A stretch of DNA of 63,795 nt, from positions 1-63,795 of the forward strand of contig JACQFF010000060.1 of assembly GCA_016200205.1 (NCBI GenBank), given 5' to 3'. This DNA is from Planctomycetia bacterium. GTDB lineage: Bacteria > Planctomycetota > Planctomycetia > Pirellulales > PALSA-1355. Below are positions 25,434 through 34,816 of the stretch, one piece after another (the first letter of the stretch is position 1; every line of letters starts with the position of its first letter). The notes below the pieces were generated by a model. It saw only the letters and a list, made by a program, of their open reading frames with translations, was not told the DNA's origin and did no database searches. The translations under genes and the position numbers were made by a program.

Positions 25434-27698
25434 ATGTCGAGCAACGGAAGTCGAAAGCGAACGCGATCGGAGCGGGTAGCAGCCCTGGAACTGCCCCCCG
25501 GCGCGCTTGGACGGACCTGGGAATATCTGCAGCGCGGCGACGTGCTGCTGCGGCTGGGGCTGTGCCTGCTGACGATCATCGGACTGTGGGTCGTGACGAC
25601 GGCCTGGTCGATTCCGCTGGCCTATCACAAGAACTCCACTCCGCAGCGCGACATCGTCGCCAAAGTCTCGTTCGAAACGGCCGACCCCGAGGGTACGCGT
25701 GAAGCTCGCTCGCTGGCCGGCCGCAAGGTCAGCTATGTTTATCAGCACGACAAAGATCCGCTGGTTCAATTGCGGGCGGCGCTGCAAAACCGGATTGTGA
25801 TTGTGTCCGGAGCCAAATCGCTGGCCGAACTCGACCAGGCCGTTTGGCAGGAGTTCTTCCCCGCGCCGGCGGCCGGCAAGCCCGCCTTGAACCCCGAGGA
25901 GCAGGAGCAGCGATTCAAGCTCTTTCACGACGCGCTGGCCACGCCCGAGTCGCTCTCGAAACTCGAACGCTCGGTTGCCGAAGCGATGAGCCCTTCCGAG
26001 CAGCACGGGTTGATGGAAAAATTGCCGCAAGAGCACGACGAAGGCAACCAACAAGAAATCGTCGTTCTGGCCAAGGGGCAACCCGAGCGCCCGCAGGTAG
26101 TGCGAGTCAGCGACGTGCTGATCGGCGAAGCCGATTCTCTGAAAAAAGCGCTGGCCGAGCGGCTCGATTCGCCGGAAGTCGCTGACCGGGTTTTCGCCTG
26201 GCTTCGCGTCCGATTGCCGACTACGCTGACCCTCGACAAGGCCGAAACCCAGCGTGCCAAATCCAAAGCGATCGCCGCGGTGGCCGACAAATTGACCACG
26301 ATCGCGCCCGGCGAATTGCTGGCCCGCGGCGGTCAGCCGCTGACGGAGCAGAGCATTGCGCTTTTGGGTTTGGAACACAAAGCGTTTCTCGCCCAGTTGG
26401 GGCTTGGTCAGCGGATTGCCTATTCGATGGCCGCACTGGGCATGTTCGTGGCGCTGACGGTGCTCTGCGGCGTTTACGTGCTGCACTACGAGTACAAGCT
26501 ATTGGAGAATCTGCGACGGTTTTCCATCACCCTGGCGCTCATCGTGATTGCCGTCGGACTGTCAGTACTGGCTTCGGACGACAGCGTGCGCGCCGAACTG
26601 GTGCCCTTGATGGTGTTCGGCATGACGTTGTCGATCGCCTACCATCGCGAGCTTGCGCTGCTGTTTTCGGCCGCCGTCGCGCTGGTCGTCGTGGTTGCCA
26701 CCGGCCAAAACCTGAGCGAGTTCATGATCCTCAACGCCGCCGTCGCCTCGGCCATTTTGCTGGTCGGCGGAGTGCGCAACCGCCGCAAGCTGATTTATGT
26801 GGGCATCGCGGTGGGCATGGTGGCTCTGCTGACGACCGTTGGCGTCGAAACGCTGGCGGCGCAGCCACGGGCCACGATTTGGCCCGACGCCCTGCGATTC
26901 GCAATGTTGTCCGTTTTCGCCGGGCTGTTGATGCTCGGACTGTTGCCCTTTATCGAAAGCCTGTTCGGAGTGCAGACCGAACTAAGCCTGTTGGAACTGG
27001 GCGACGTGGCTCATCCGCTACTGCAAGAGCTCGTCCGCCGGGCGCCGGGCACCTACAATCATTCGATCAACGTCGCCTCGATCGCCGAAGCGGCCGCCGA
27101 AAGCATCGGCGCCAAAGGGCTCTTGGTACGCGTGGGAGCTTATTTCCACGACATCGGCAAGATGCTCAAGCCCGGCTATTTCGTGGAGAATCAGGGCCAC
27201 GACGCCAACCGCCACGAGTCGCTCGTGCCGGCGATGAGCACGCTGATCATCATCGCGCACATCAAGGACGGCGCCGACCTGGCCCGCCAACATCGGTTGC
27301 CCGAGCCAATTATCGACTTCATCGAACAACATCATGGAACGACGCTTGTAGAGTACTTTTATCGCCGGGCCAACGAGCGTAACGAATCGAATCCCGACGG
27401 CGGCGAAATTGACGAAAGCGACTTCCGCTATCCGGGCCCCAAGCCGCAGACCAGGGAAGCCGCCGTGCTGATGCTGGCCGACGCGGTGGAAAGCGCCAGC
27501 CGCGCCCTGGTCGAGCCCACGCCGTCCCGGATCGAGAGCCTCGTGCAGGAGATATCCCTGAAACGGCTGTTGGACGGCCAATTCGACTCCTGCGGGCTGA
27601 CATTACAGGAATTGGCCACCATCAACGACAGCCTGATCAAGTCAGTGACCGCCGTCTATCACGGCCGCGTCAAGTATCCCGATCAAAGAACCGCCTGA
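25434..27698 (+). CDS. 7TM-HD (HDIG) membrane phosphohydrolase, PgpH/YqfF-like
   Basis: N-terminal extracellular region, about 7 TM helices, and a C-terminal HD domain (HSINVASIAE, YFHDIGK, EQHHGT, LADAVES). The position between phoH and ybeY is classical. Confidence 0.85.
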   Translation: MSSNGSRKRTRSERVAALELPPGALGRTWEYLQRGDVLLRLGLCLLTIIGLWVVTTAWSIPLAYHKNSTPQRDIVAKVSFETADPEGTREARSLAGRKVSYVYQHDKDPLVQLRAALQNRIVIVSGAKSLAELDQAVWQEFFPAPAAGKPALNPEEQEQRFKLFHDALATPESLSKLERSVAEAMSPSEQHGLMEKLPQEHDEGNQQEIVVLAKGQPERPQVVRVSDVLIGEADSLKKALAERLDSPEVADRVFAWLRVRLPTTLTLDKAETQRAKSKAIAAVADKLTTIAPGELLARGGQPLTEQSIALLGLEHKAFLAQLGLGQRIAYSMAALGMFVALTVLCGVYVLHYEYKLLENLRRFSITLALIVIAVGLSVLASDDSVRAELVPLMVFGMTLSIAYHRELALLFSAAVALVVVVATGQNLSEFMILNAAVASAILLVGGVRNRRKLIYVGIAVGMVALLTTVGVETLAAQPRATIWPDALRFAMLSVFAGLLMLGLLPFIESLFGVQTELSLLELGDVAHPLLQELVRRAPGTYNHSINVASIAEAAAESIGAKGLLVRVGAYFHDIGKMLKPGYFVENQGHDANRHESLVPAMSTLIIIAHIKDGADLARQHRLPEPIIDFIEQHHGTTLVEYFYRRANERNESNPDGGEIDESDFRYPGPKPQTREAAVLMLADAVESASRALVEPTPSRIESLVQEISLKRLLDGQFDSCGLTLQELATINDSLIKSVTAVYHGRVKYPDQRTA

Positions 27699-27800
27699 TT
27701 TGTTGCGCTCTGGGCTGTTACCATGGGTGTCTGGCACATCAGAGAGGGGGACAGTCCCCGGCGGTGGTGTTTCAGTTCACTAGCGGTGAAGTGTCCGCGC

Positions 27801-28232
27801 ATGTTGATCGAGATTTCCAATCGCCAGCAAATGTTGGAATTTGACGAGGCGCGTCTCAAGCGGGCGGTCGAGGCCGTTATTACCGAGGCGCGGATTACCG
27901 AGGCGGAAGTGAGTATCGCGCTTGTGGACGACGCCACGATCCACGTGCTGAATCGGCAGTATTTGGCACACGACTATCCGACGGACGTACTCAGTTTTGC
28001 GCTGGAGCGCGACGAACGGCGGCTCGAGGGCGAGGTAATTGCCAGCGCGGAGACTGCCATCCGCTCGGCCGCGCGACTTGGCTGGTCCGCCGATGAGGAA
28101 CTGCTACTGTACGTGATCCACGGCACGCTGCATCTGGTCGGCTACGACGACGCAACGCCCGAACAGCGCGAGGTAATGTGCACCCAGGAAGCGCACCACC
28201 TGGCCCAATTTGGATTGGAACGTCGTGCGTGA
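27801..28232 (+). CDS. ybeY: rRNA maturation endoribonuclease YbeY
   Basis: Motifs NRQYL..DYPTDVLSF and VIHGTLHLVGYD. The start ATG 27801 (MLIEISNRQ) is chosen over the longer track ORF. Confidence 0.9.
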   Translation: MLIEISNRQQMLEFDEARLKRAVEAVITEARITEAEVSIALVDDATIHVLNRQYLAHDYPTDVLSFALERDERRLEGEVIASAETAIRSAARLGWSADEELLLYVIHGTLHLVGYDDATPEQREVMCTQEAHHLAQFGLERRA

Positions 28233-28321
28233 GTCGCGTTGCCGGTACGATACGCGCGGCGGTCGAGTGTTGAAAATCGGACTCCCCAGATGGATCGGGC
28301 GGCAGCGTCCGCCTGCTAGCG

Positions 28322-29077
28322 ATGTCCAGTGAAAAGGCCACGGCGATCGTATTGCGAACTATCGAGTTCAGCGAGACAAGCAGCGTTGTGACGCTGTTTA
28401 CGCGCGAGTTCGGCAAGATACGCGCTTTGGCCAAGGGAGCTCGCCGTCCGAAGGGACCCTTCGAGTCTGCCCTTGACCTGCTGGGGTTGTGTCGAATAGT
28501 CTTCCTGCGCAAATCGTCCGACACGCTGGACTTGTTGACCGAAGCGAAGTTGGAGCGGCGGTTTCGACCGCCCGGCGGAAACCTGTCAAATCTGTACGCC
28601 GCCTATTACGTCGCCGAGTTGTTGAATGAGTTGACCGACGACTACGACCCCCATCCAGAGTTATTCGACGTGGCCGATGAAACCCTGGCGGCACTGCGTA
28701 CTTGCAGTGCTGCCGCGCTTGCGCTGTTGCGATTCGAATTGACGGCCCTACGCGTGCTGGGGCATTTGCCTTCGTTCGAGACGTGCGTGGAATGTGGAAC
28801 CGCGGTCGAGGCGGCCGGCCGAGTTCCGTTTAGTCAATTAGCCGGAGGAGTGCTGTGCAAACGATGTCGCGCCGGTCAAAAGCAAGTACTTTTGGTCAGC
28901 GCGGGCGTGCTGCGCGTGTTGGCGCAACTGGCCGGCGCCGAGGGCGACTCGTGGCGAAGGCTGGAACTCGACCGGCGAACGTACGGCGAATTGCGGGCGA
29001 TAATGAATCACTATTGGGCACATCTTCTCGGCCATCAGCCCCGGATGCATCGTTACTTGGGAACTTTGACGACCTAA
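28322..29077 (+). CDS. recO: DNA repair protein RecO
   Basis: N-terminal OB-fold pattern (AIVLRTIEFSETSSVVTLFTREFGKIRALAKGARR) and a C-terminal zinc motif CVECG...CKRC. Confidence 0.85.
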   Translation: MSSEKATAIVLRTIEFSETSSVVTLFTREFGKIRALAKGARRPKGPFESALDLLGLCRIVFLRKSSDTLDLLTEAKLERRFRPPGGNLSNLYAAYYVAELLNELTDDYDPHPELFDVADETLAALRTCSAAALALLRFELTALRVLGHLPSFETCVECGTAVEAAGRVPFSQLAGGVLCKRCRAGQKQVLLVSAGVLRVLAQLAGAEGDSWRRLELDRRTYGELRAIMNHYWAHLLGHQPRMHRYLGTLTT

Positions 29078-29104
29078 CATCTCCGATCGACTCGAGCGTA
29101 AGGC

Positions 29105-30448
29105 ATGGCGGCTGAAGCGCGCATCACCACGATCCTGGTACTTTGCCTCCTGGTGGCAGGTGGCGGCTGCGCACTGGTGCCCAAACCCAAAGTGGTCGAC
29201 GCCCCGGCGATTTCCCAGGAGCAAGCCGATTGGTGGGAAGCCAACCGCCATCAGGCCACGTACGTGCCGGGTCGCGGTTATTATGTGCCGGGGGTCAGCG
29301 GATTTTTCGACGACAAAGGCCGCAAGCTTTCGACCGATTTGCTCCACGGCGCAACGGCTGCCGAGGACGCGGACCAGGAAGGCTTTTTGGACAGAATTGC
29401 GCCCAAGAAGGCTTGGAAGCGATTCGAAGCGATGATCGGCAGGGGTCCCAACGAAAAAATCGCGCGCACGGCGCTCGAGGAAGGCGATTCGCTGTTCCGG
29501 CAGAAGAAGTTCAAGGAAGCGGCGGCCAAATACCGCATCGCCTACAAGCGCTGGCCCGATTCGCCGCTGGAAGAAGAGGCGCTGTTTAAGGCCGCGGAAT
29601 GCGAATTCTTCGCCGACCGTTACGTCAAAGCCGATGACGAGTACGCGCTGCTGGTCAAGAAGTTTCCCTCTACCCAATATGTCAGCCAGGTCACCGTTCG
29701 ACGGTTCGCAATCGGGCGTTACTGGGACCAATTCGACGTGGCTCATCACCACTGGCCGATTACGCCCAATTTCACTGATAAGACCCGGCCAGTATTCGAT
29801 ACCGGCGGCCATGCTCTGCACGTCTTCGAACGCATTCGCCTCGACGACCCCACCGGGCCGCTGGCCGACGACAGCATCATGGCCGGCGCCACTTCTTATT
29901 TCCTCAAAGGGCGGTGGGATGACGCCGATTACCACTTCGGGTTGCTGCGCACGGAATATCCCAAAAGCGAATTCCAGTTTCAGGCCCACTTGTTGGGTTT
30001 GCGCTGCAAACTGCTCAAGTACCAAGGGCCCGGCTACGAGGGAACACCCTTGGACGAGGCCGAAGAGCTTGCGACCCAGTTGCTGACCCAGTTTCCGCAG
30101 GAGCTGGCGAACGAGCGCGAGCGGGTTGTGCAGGTGCGGGCTGGCATTCGCGATCAACGCGCGTTGCGCGAATGGGATATGGCCGAGTACTACGCCAAAG
30201 GTAAGTATTACGGCGCATCGCGGATGTATTACGAGAAGATCGCGAAAGAGTACCCTGAAACGCGGTTGGCCCAAGAATCGCGCACGCGACTGGACCAGTA
30301 TAAGGGATTGCCGGACAGTCCTACGCCTCCCTTGCAGTGGCTCGTCAACGTGCTGCCGGCCTCGAAGCGTGAAGGACCTGTCGTGCCCAAGGAAGTCGCT
30401 GCGATGGCAGCCAATCCGCAAGCGCCCAATGCGACCGTTACGAAATAA
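29105..30448 (+). CDS. BamD-like TPR outer-membrane lipoprotein
   Basis: Lipobox LVAGGGCAL. TPR/YfiO-like repeats (YRIAYKRWPDSPLEEEALFKAAECEFFADRYVKADDEYALLVKKFPSTQY). The assignment is by pattern, not by search. Confidence 0.55.
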   Translation: MAAEARITTILVLCLLVAGGGCALVPKPKVVDAPAISQEQADWWEANRHQATYVPGRGYYVPGVSGFFDDKGRKLSTDLLHGATAAEDADQEGFLDRIAPKKAWKRFEAMIGRGPNEKIARTALEEGDSLFRQKKFKEAAAKYRIAYKRWPDSPLEEEALFKAAECEFFADRYVKADDEYALLVKKFPSTQYVSQVTVRRFAIGRYWDQFDVAHHHWPITPNFTDKTRPVFDTGGHALHVFERIRLDDPTGPLADDSIMAGATSYFLKGRWDDADYHFGLLRTEYPKSEFQFQAHLLGLRCKLLKYQGPGYEGTPLDEAEELATQLLTQFPQELANERERVVQVRAGIRDQRALREWDMAEYYAKGKYYGASRMYYEKIAKEYPETRLAQESRTRLDQYKGLPDSPTPPLQWLVNVLPASKREGPVVPKEVAAMAANPQAPNATVTK

Positions 30449-30506
30449 GTCCGCGAGGAAACGTGATTCCAACGGCCCAATACAAATTGACGCCAGGCGC
30501 AACGCT

Positions 30507-30587
30507 CCCTCTCCCGTTGAGAGACGGCCCGGCTGAGGGGTTGATGATCGACTGCCCTCACCCCAACCTACTCCCAGAGGGAGAGGG
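30507..30587. repeat. Compound-palindrome interspersed repeat, copy 2 (5' half degenerate)
   Basis: The parts are ccctctcccgttgagagacgg, ggctgagggg, a 14-nt spacer, ccctcacccc, then ctactcccagagggagaggg. The architecture and orientation match copies 1 and 3. Confidence 0.6.
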
Positions 30588-30603
30588 AATCGCGCAGAAC
30601 GTT

Positions 30604-31164
30604 TTGCGGTCTGGCGTAGCCCGACCACGACGCAGGCTCGCGGTTTCGTGGTGCTCGGCGCTCTTGGCGGCCGGTACCTTGGCTTGGGGGGGCTGCGCGG
30701 GCTATCGGTTCGGGGCCGCGTCGCTCTATCCGCCCGACATCCAGACCGTCTACGTTCCAATGTTCGAATCCAACAGCTTTCGCCGGAACTTGAGCGAATG
30801 GGTGACCGAGGCGGTGATCAAGGAAATCGAGCTGAAAACGCCCTACAAGGTGGTGGGCACTCCTCAGGCCGACAGCGTGTTGATCGGCAAACTGACCAGC
30901 GATACCAAACGCGTCATCGTCGAAGACGCGTTTGACCAGCCGCGCGAAGTCGAAGTCAACATGGCCGTGCAAGTGCGCTGGGTGAATCGGAAGGGCGATT
31001 TGCTCAACCAGTCCGCTACGGTCGTGATTCCGCAGGATCTGGTGATCCTCAGCAACAGCGGAATGCTCGTGGCCGAGTATGGTCAATCCGTCTCCACGGC
31101 CCAGCTACAGTCGATTCAGCGGCTGGCGACTCAAATCGTGTCGCTGATGGAAATGCCGTGGTAA
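30604..31164 (+). CDS. LptE-like LPS-assembly lipoprotein
   Basis: Lipobox LAWGGCAGYRF followed by the LptE-like pattern (IQTVYVPMFESNSFRRNLSEWVTEAVIKEI). The start is uncertain. TTG 30604 was chosen so the CDS does not read through the repeat (alternatives are ATG 30544 and GTG 30463). Confidence 0.5.
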   Translation: MRSGVARPRRRLAVSWCSALLAAGTLAWGGCAGYRFGAASLYPPDIQTVYVPMFESNSFRRNLSEWVTEAVIKEIELKTPYKVVGTPQADSVLIGKLTSDTKRVIVEDAFDQPREVEVNMAVQVRWVNRKGDLLNQSATVVIPQDLVILSNSGMLVAEYGQSVSTAQLQSIQRLATQIVSLMEMPW

Positions 31165-31173
31165 GCTAGCGGC

Positions 31174-32094
31174 ATGAATGGTTCACGATCGCCTGCCGAA
31201 CGTCCGGACCGGGATGAACGATTTGCGAAGCGCGCGGCATTTTGGCAATTGCGCGTCCGCCGGCTCGATCTGCCCCGCCGCCCGCTGCTGATGGGCATCT
31301 TGAATGTGACCCCGGATAGCTTCTCGGACGGCGGACGGTTTGCCGATGTTTCAGCCGCCGTGGATCAGGGGCTTCGCCTGGCGGCGGAAGGGGCCGATAT
31401 TCTCGACATCGGCGGCGAAAGCACACGCCCTTACGCCGATCCGGTAGACGCCAAAACCGAACTGGATCGCGTGCTTCCGGTCATCACGGCGCTCAAACCG
31501 CGTGTGTTGATTCCCCTGTCGATCGACACATCGAAGGCGGCCGTGGCACGCGGGGCGCTCGCCGTGGGAGTCGATATCATCAATGACGTGACCGGCCTGG
31601 AGGGCGATCCGCGGATGCTCGACCTAGCCCGCGACGAACATCCGGGTATTTGCGTGATGCATATGCAGGGCACGCCCCAAGACATGCAAGATAACCCGGT
31701 CTACGACAACGTCGTGGAGGACGTACTCGACTATCTCCGTCGGCGCCGCGATCATCTGCTCTCCGCGGGAATCGAGCAATCACGCATTGCGTTGGACCCG
31801 GGCATCGGTTTCGGAAAGGCGCATCAGCACAACCTCCGCTTGCTGGCAAATTGCCATCGATTTCACGAGCTTGGCTGCCCGATTCTGGTGGGGCACTCCC
31901 GCAAGGGATTCATTGCCAAAGCGATCGGCGACAAAACGGCCGATCCAACCGCCGGCACGATCGGGGTCGCTCTTGCGTTGGCTAGCCAAGGGGTGCAAAT
32001 TCTGCGGGTGCATGACGTTTTGCCGCTGCGACAAGCGCTTGTACTGTATGAAGCTAGCGGCGGGATCGGTGGCCAACCGCTCCTGTTAGACTAG
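31174..32094 (+). CDS. folP: Dihydropteroate synthase
   Basis: Motifs GILNVTPDSFSDGG, DIGGESTRP, NDVTGL and LVGHSRKGF. Confidence 0.9.
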   Translation: MNGSRSPAERPDRDERFAKRAAFWQLRVRRLDLPRRPLLMGILNVTPDSFSDGGRFADVSAAVDQGLRLAAEGADILDIGGESTRPYADPVDAKTELDRVLPVITALKPRVLIPLSIDTSKAAVARGALAVGVDIINDVTGLEGDPRMLDLARDEHPGICVMHMQGTPQDMQDNPVYDNVVEDVLDYLRRRRDHLLSAGIEQSRIALDPGIGFGKAHQHNLRLLANCHRFHELGCPILVGHSRKGFIAKAIGDKTADPTAGTIGVALALASQGVQILRVHDVLPLRQALVLYEASGGIGGQPLLLD

Positions 32095-32240
32095 GCCCAA
32101 ATTGCGGCGTAGCTTGGAGATAGCGACGTTGACTGCCTCGCGGATTTGAGGGATACTTAGCAATGCTGCCACGGCTTTCGTCCCCCTCTATTTTCGGCCG
32201 TGGGCGCACCAACAGTCCCCTCAGGATTGGAACTTCCGTC

Positions 32241-33515
32241 ATGGCGGTCGCCGAAATCAGCGATTTGCGCAAATATTGTCTCGAGACCGCTCAGCGTGCG
32301 CGCGGCGCTTCGGCCGAGTTGGCCTCGTTGGCCAGTGGCCGGAAGATCGCCTGGCTCAAGCGAGCCGCCGAGCTATTACGCAGTGGACAGAGCGAACTGG
32401 CCGAGGCAAATGCGCTGGATCTGGCCGCGGCGCCGCAGTTCGCTCTGACCGCGGCGCAAATCGATCGGCTGCGGCTGGCTCCCAGCGCCGTGGAGGCGAT
32501 GGCCGTCGGGTTGGAAGAAATCGCCGCCCTTCCCGAGCCGATCGGAGAAGTGATTGACTCGTCCATTCGTCCCAATGGGCTGGAGGTGCTCAAAGTCCGG
32601 GTGCCGTTGGGAGTCATGTTTTTCATCTATGAATCGCGTCCCAACGTGACCGCTGATGCCGCGGCGATTTGCGTCAAGAGCGGCAATGCCGTGATTCTGC
32701 GCGGCGGCAAGGAGGCAGTGCATTCCAATCGGGCGATTGTGGCGCTTTTGGAACAAGCGGCCGATGAGGTGGGGCTGCCTTCGGGCGCCGTCCAGTTCGT
32801 CAACACAATCGATCGCGAGGCCGTGGGGCAGTTTCTCGCGCTGGACAAATATATCGACGTGGCGATTCCCCGAGGCGGCGAGAGCCTGATTCGCCGAGTA
32901 GCCGCCGAAGCTAAAATGCCGGTGATCAAGCATTTCACGGGCAACTGCCACGTGTATGTCGATCGGTCCGCCGACCTGGCAATGGCCGAGCGGATTACGG
33001 TCAACGCCAAGTGCCAGCGAATGGGAGTGTGCAACGCGGCCGAGTCGCTCGTGGTGCACCGCGACGTCGCGCCGGTTTTTTTGCCCCGCGTGGCCAAGGC
33101 TCTGGCTCAGCGCAACATCGAACTGCGCGGCGACGGCCGCACTCGCTCTTTAGTCCCACAGGCCAAGGTGGCCAGCGAGGATGATTTTGCGACCGAGTAT
33201 TTAGGGCCGATTCTCTCGATCAAAGTTGTCGATTCGATCGAAGAGGCGGTCGACCATATTAATCGTTATGGTTCGCATCACACCGATGCGGTCGTAACCG
33301 CCGATTTGAACGCCGCCCGAATGTTCGTGACCGCGGTGGACAGCGCGGCGGTGATCGTCAATGCAAGCACCCGATTCAACGACGGGGCAGAGTTTGGCTT
33401 GGGCGCTGAAATCGGCATCAGCACCGATAAATTCCACGCGCGTGGGCCTTGTGGAATCAAGGAACTAACGAGCTACAAATACGTCGTGTATGGCGCCGGT
33501 CAGGTCCGGGAATAG
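32241..33515 (+). CDS. proA: Glutamate-5-semialdehyde dehydrogenase (gamma-glutamyl phosphate reductase)
   Basis: Motifs IYESRPNVT, ILRGGKEA, CNAAESLVVH, HINRYGSHHTDAIV-like (HINRYGSHHTDAVV) and STRFNDG. Confidence 0.9.
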   Translation: MAVAEISDLRKYCLETAQRARGASAELASLASGRKIAWLKRAAELLRSGQSELAEANALDLAAAPQFALTAAQIDRLRLAPSAVEAMAVGLEEIAALPEPIGEVIDSSIRPNGLEVLKVRVPLGVMFFIYESRPNVTADAAAICVKSGNAVILRGGKEAVHSNRAIVALLEQAADEVGLPSGAVQFVNTIDREAVGQFLALDKYIDVAIPRGGESLIRRVAAEAKMPVIKHFTGNCHVYVDRSADLAMAERITVNAKCQRMGVCNAAESLVVHRDVAPVFLPRVAKALAQRNIELRGDGRTRSLVPQAKVASEDDFATEYLGPILSIKVVDSIEEAVDHINRYGSHHTDAVVTADLNAARMFVTAVDSAAVIVNASTRFNDGAEFGLGAEIGISTDKFHARGPCGIKELTSYKYVVYGAGQVRE

Positions 33516-33645
33516 GACCCCGCTCAACGAGACTGGAACGCCGATCGATTTTGGGACGGGCCAATTGGGAACTCAAGCGGTCTTGCGCGATTCCCTCTCC
33601 CAAACGGAGAAGAAGCACAACGTCTGACGTGCATGGAGGCCAAGG

Positions 33646-34695
33646 ATGGCTGATGACGGACTGAGTCAGGCTGAGCTGGAAACGCTGCTCAACACGGTAG
33701 AGTCGGACGCCGCGCCGACCGCCGGCGGGGCCGAACCGGCCGCGGCCTCTTCCCAACGAGGCGGCTCGGCCGAACCGCCGCAGAAGCCCCGCGACAAGAT
33801 TTCGCCGTACGATTTCAAGCGGCCCGAGCGGGTGACCAAGGAGCAGATGCGCGCCTTGCAGGTGCTGCACGAGGGTTTCGGCCGTAATTTTGGCATCGCT
33901 CTTTCGGCGCTGCTGCGAAGCGTCGTCGAAGTCAAACTGACTTCGGTGAGTCAACTGACGTGTGGCGAGTTTCTGCTTAGCCTGGAGAATCCGACCTTCT
34001 TCAATCTGCTGCGCGCCAGGCCGCTGGAAGGATATCTGATCCTGGACATCGATCCCGCGATCCTTTATCCGATCATCGAACGGCTGCTGGGTGGAGGGCG
34101 CGAGCCGGGCGCCGTGGCCCGCCGGCCCTTGACGGAAATCGAGCTGCGGCTGGTATCGCGAATTACCGGGCTTTTTTTGCAAGAGTTGCGTCGCGCCTGG
34201 CAGAACGTGCTCGAACTGGAACTGTCGGTCGATCGCGTGGAGAGCGATCCGCGGTTGGTGCAAGTCGTGCCACCGGGCGAAGCCGTGGCGCTGATCCGTT
34301 TTGAGCTGACGATCAACGACGCGCGGGGGATCATGAGCTTGTGCATTCCCCGCCTTGCGCTGCGGCGGATCGACGATAGGCTTTCGGGTAACGCTTGGGC
34401 CAGCCATGGCCAGCGCCCGCCTTCGACCCAGACGGTCAAACAGGTGAGCGAAAGTTTGCACCAATCCGTGGTCGAACTGGTCGCCCATCTGGCCGAAACC
34501 AAGATCACAACGGGCGACATGTTCAATCTGAGAGTGGGCGACATCATTACCACGGAAAAAGACGTCCACAGCCCGGTCGCGGTGTGCCTTGAGGGCGTGC
34601 CGAAGTACCGCGCCCATCCGGGCTCCTTCAAAGGGCACAAAGCGATTCAAATCGAAGAAGCGCTCGGCCCGCCGCCGGAGAGTGCGAAGGAATAA
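33646..34695 (+). CDS. fliM: Flagellar motor switch protein FliM
   Basis: N-terminal CheY-P-binding-type motif [10 protein letters not shown], then [28 protein letters not shown] and [18 protein letters not shown]. The C-terminal region is SpoA-like. Confidence 0.85.
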   Translation: MADDGLSQAELETLLNTVESDAAPTAGGAEPAAASSQRGGSAEPPQKPRDKISPYDFKRPERVTKEQMRALQVLHEGFGRNFGIALSALLRSVVEVKLTSVSQLTCGEFLLSLENPTFFNLLRARPLEGYLILDIDPAILYPIIERLLGGGREPGAVARRPLTEIELRLVSRITGLFLQELRRAWQNVLELELSVDRVESDPRLVQVVPPGEAVALIRFELTINDARGIMSLCIPRLALRRIDDRLSGNAWASHGQRPPSTQTVKQVSESLHQSVVELVAHLAETKITTGDMFNLRVGDIITTEKDVHSPVAVCLEGVPKYRAHPGSFKGHKAIQIEEALGPPPESAKE

Positions 34696-34816
34696 GCCCC
34701 ATCATCGTCCGCCGCGAGGGTTCGCCCAAGGTGGCATGGACGGGGGCCCCTGGGGCGCTATAATTTTTTCCATCTTCGCCGACCATACGCGGCTTGCGCG
34801 AGTTCGCACGGACAGC

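Noticed and set aside
24330-26486. 718-aa minus-strand ORF antisense to phoH and the 7TM-HD gene
   Set aside because: Its composition is Arg/Gly/Pro/Gln-rich and low in complexity, and it has no recognisable domain. It lies exactly opposite two genes with unmistakable motifs. This is a typical stop-poor shadow frame in GC-rich DNA.
28838-30760. 640-aa minus-strand ORF antisense to recO, the BamD-like gene and the LptE-like gene
   Set aside because: This is a shadow ORF spanning three plus-strand genes and their intergenic gaps. The sequence is Arg/Pro-rich with no motifs.
33516-33645. Sigma-28 (FliA) promoter upstream of fliM
   Set aside because: Only a partial GCCGATCG resembling the -10 element GCCGATAA is present. 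There is no acceptable TAAA -35 element at the right spacing. The evidence is not enough to call it.
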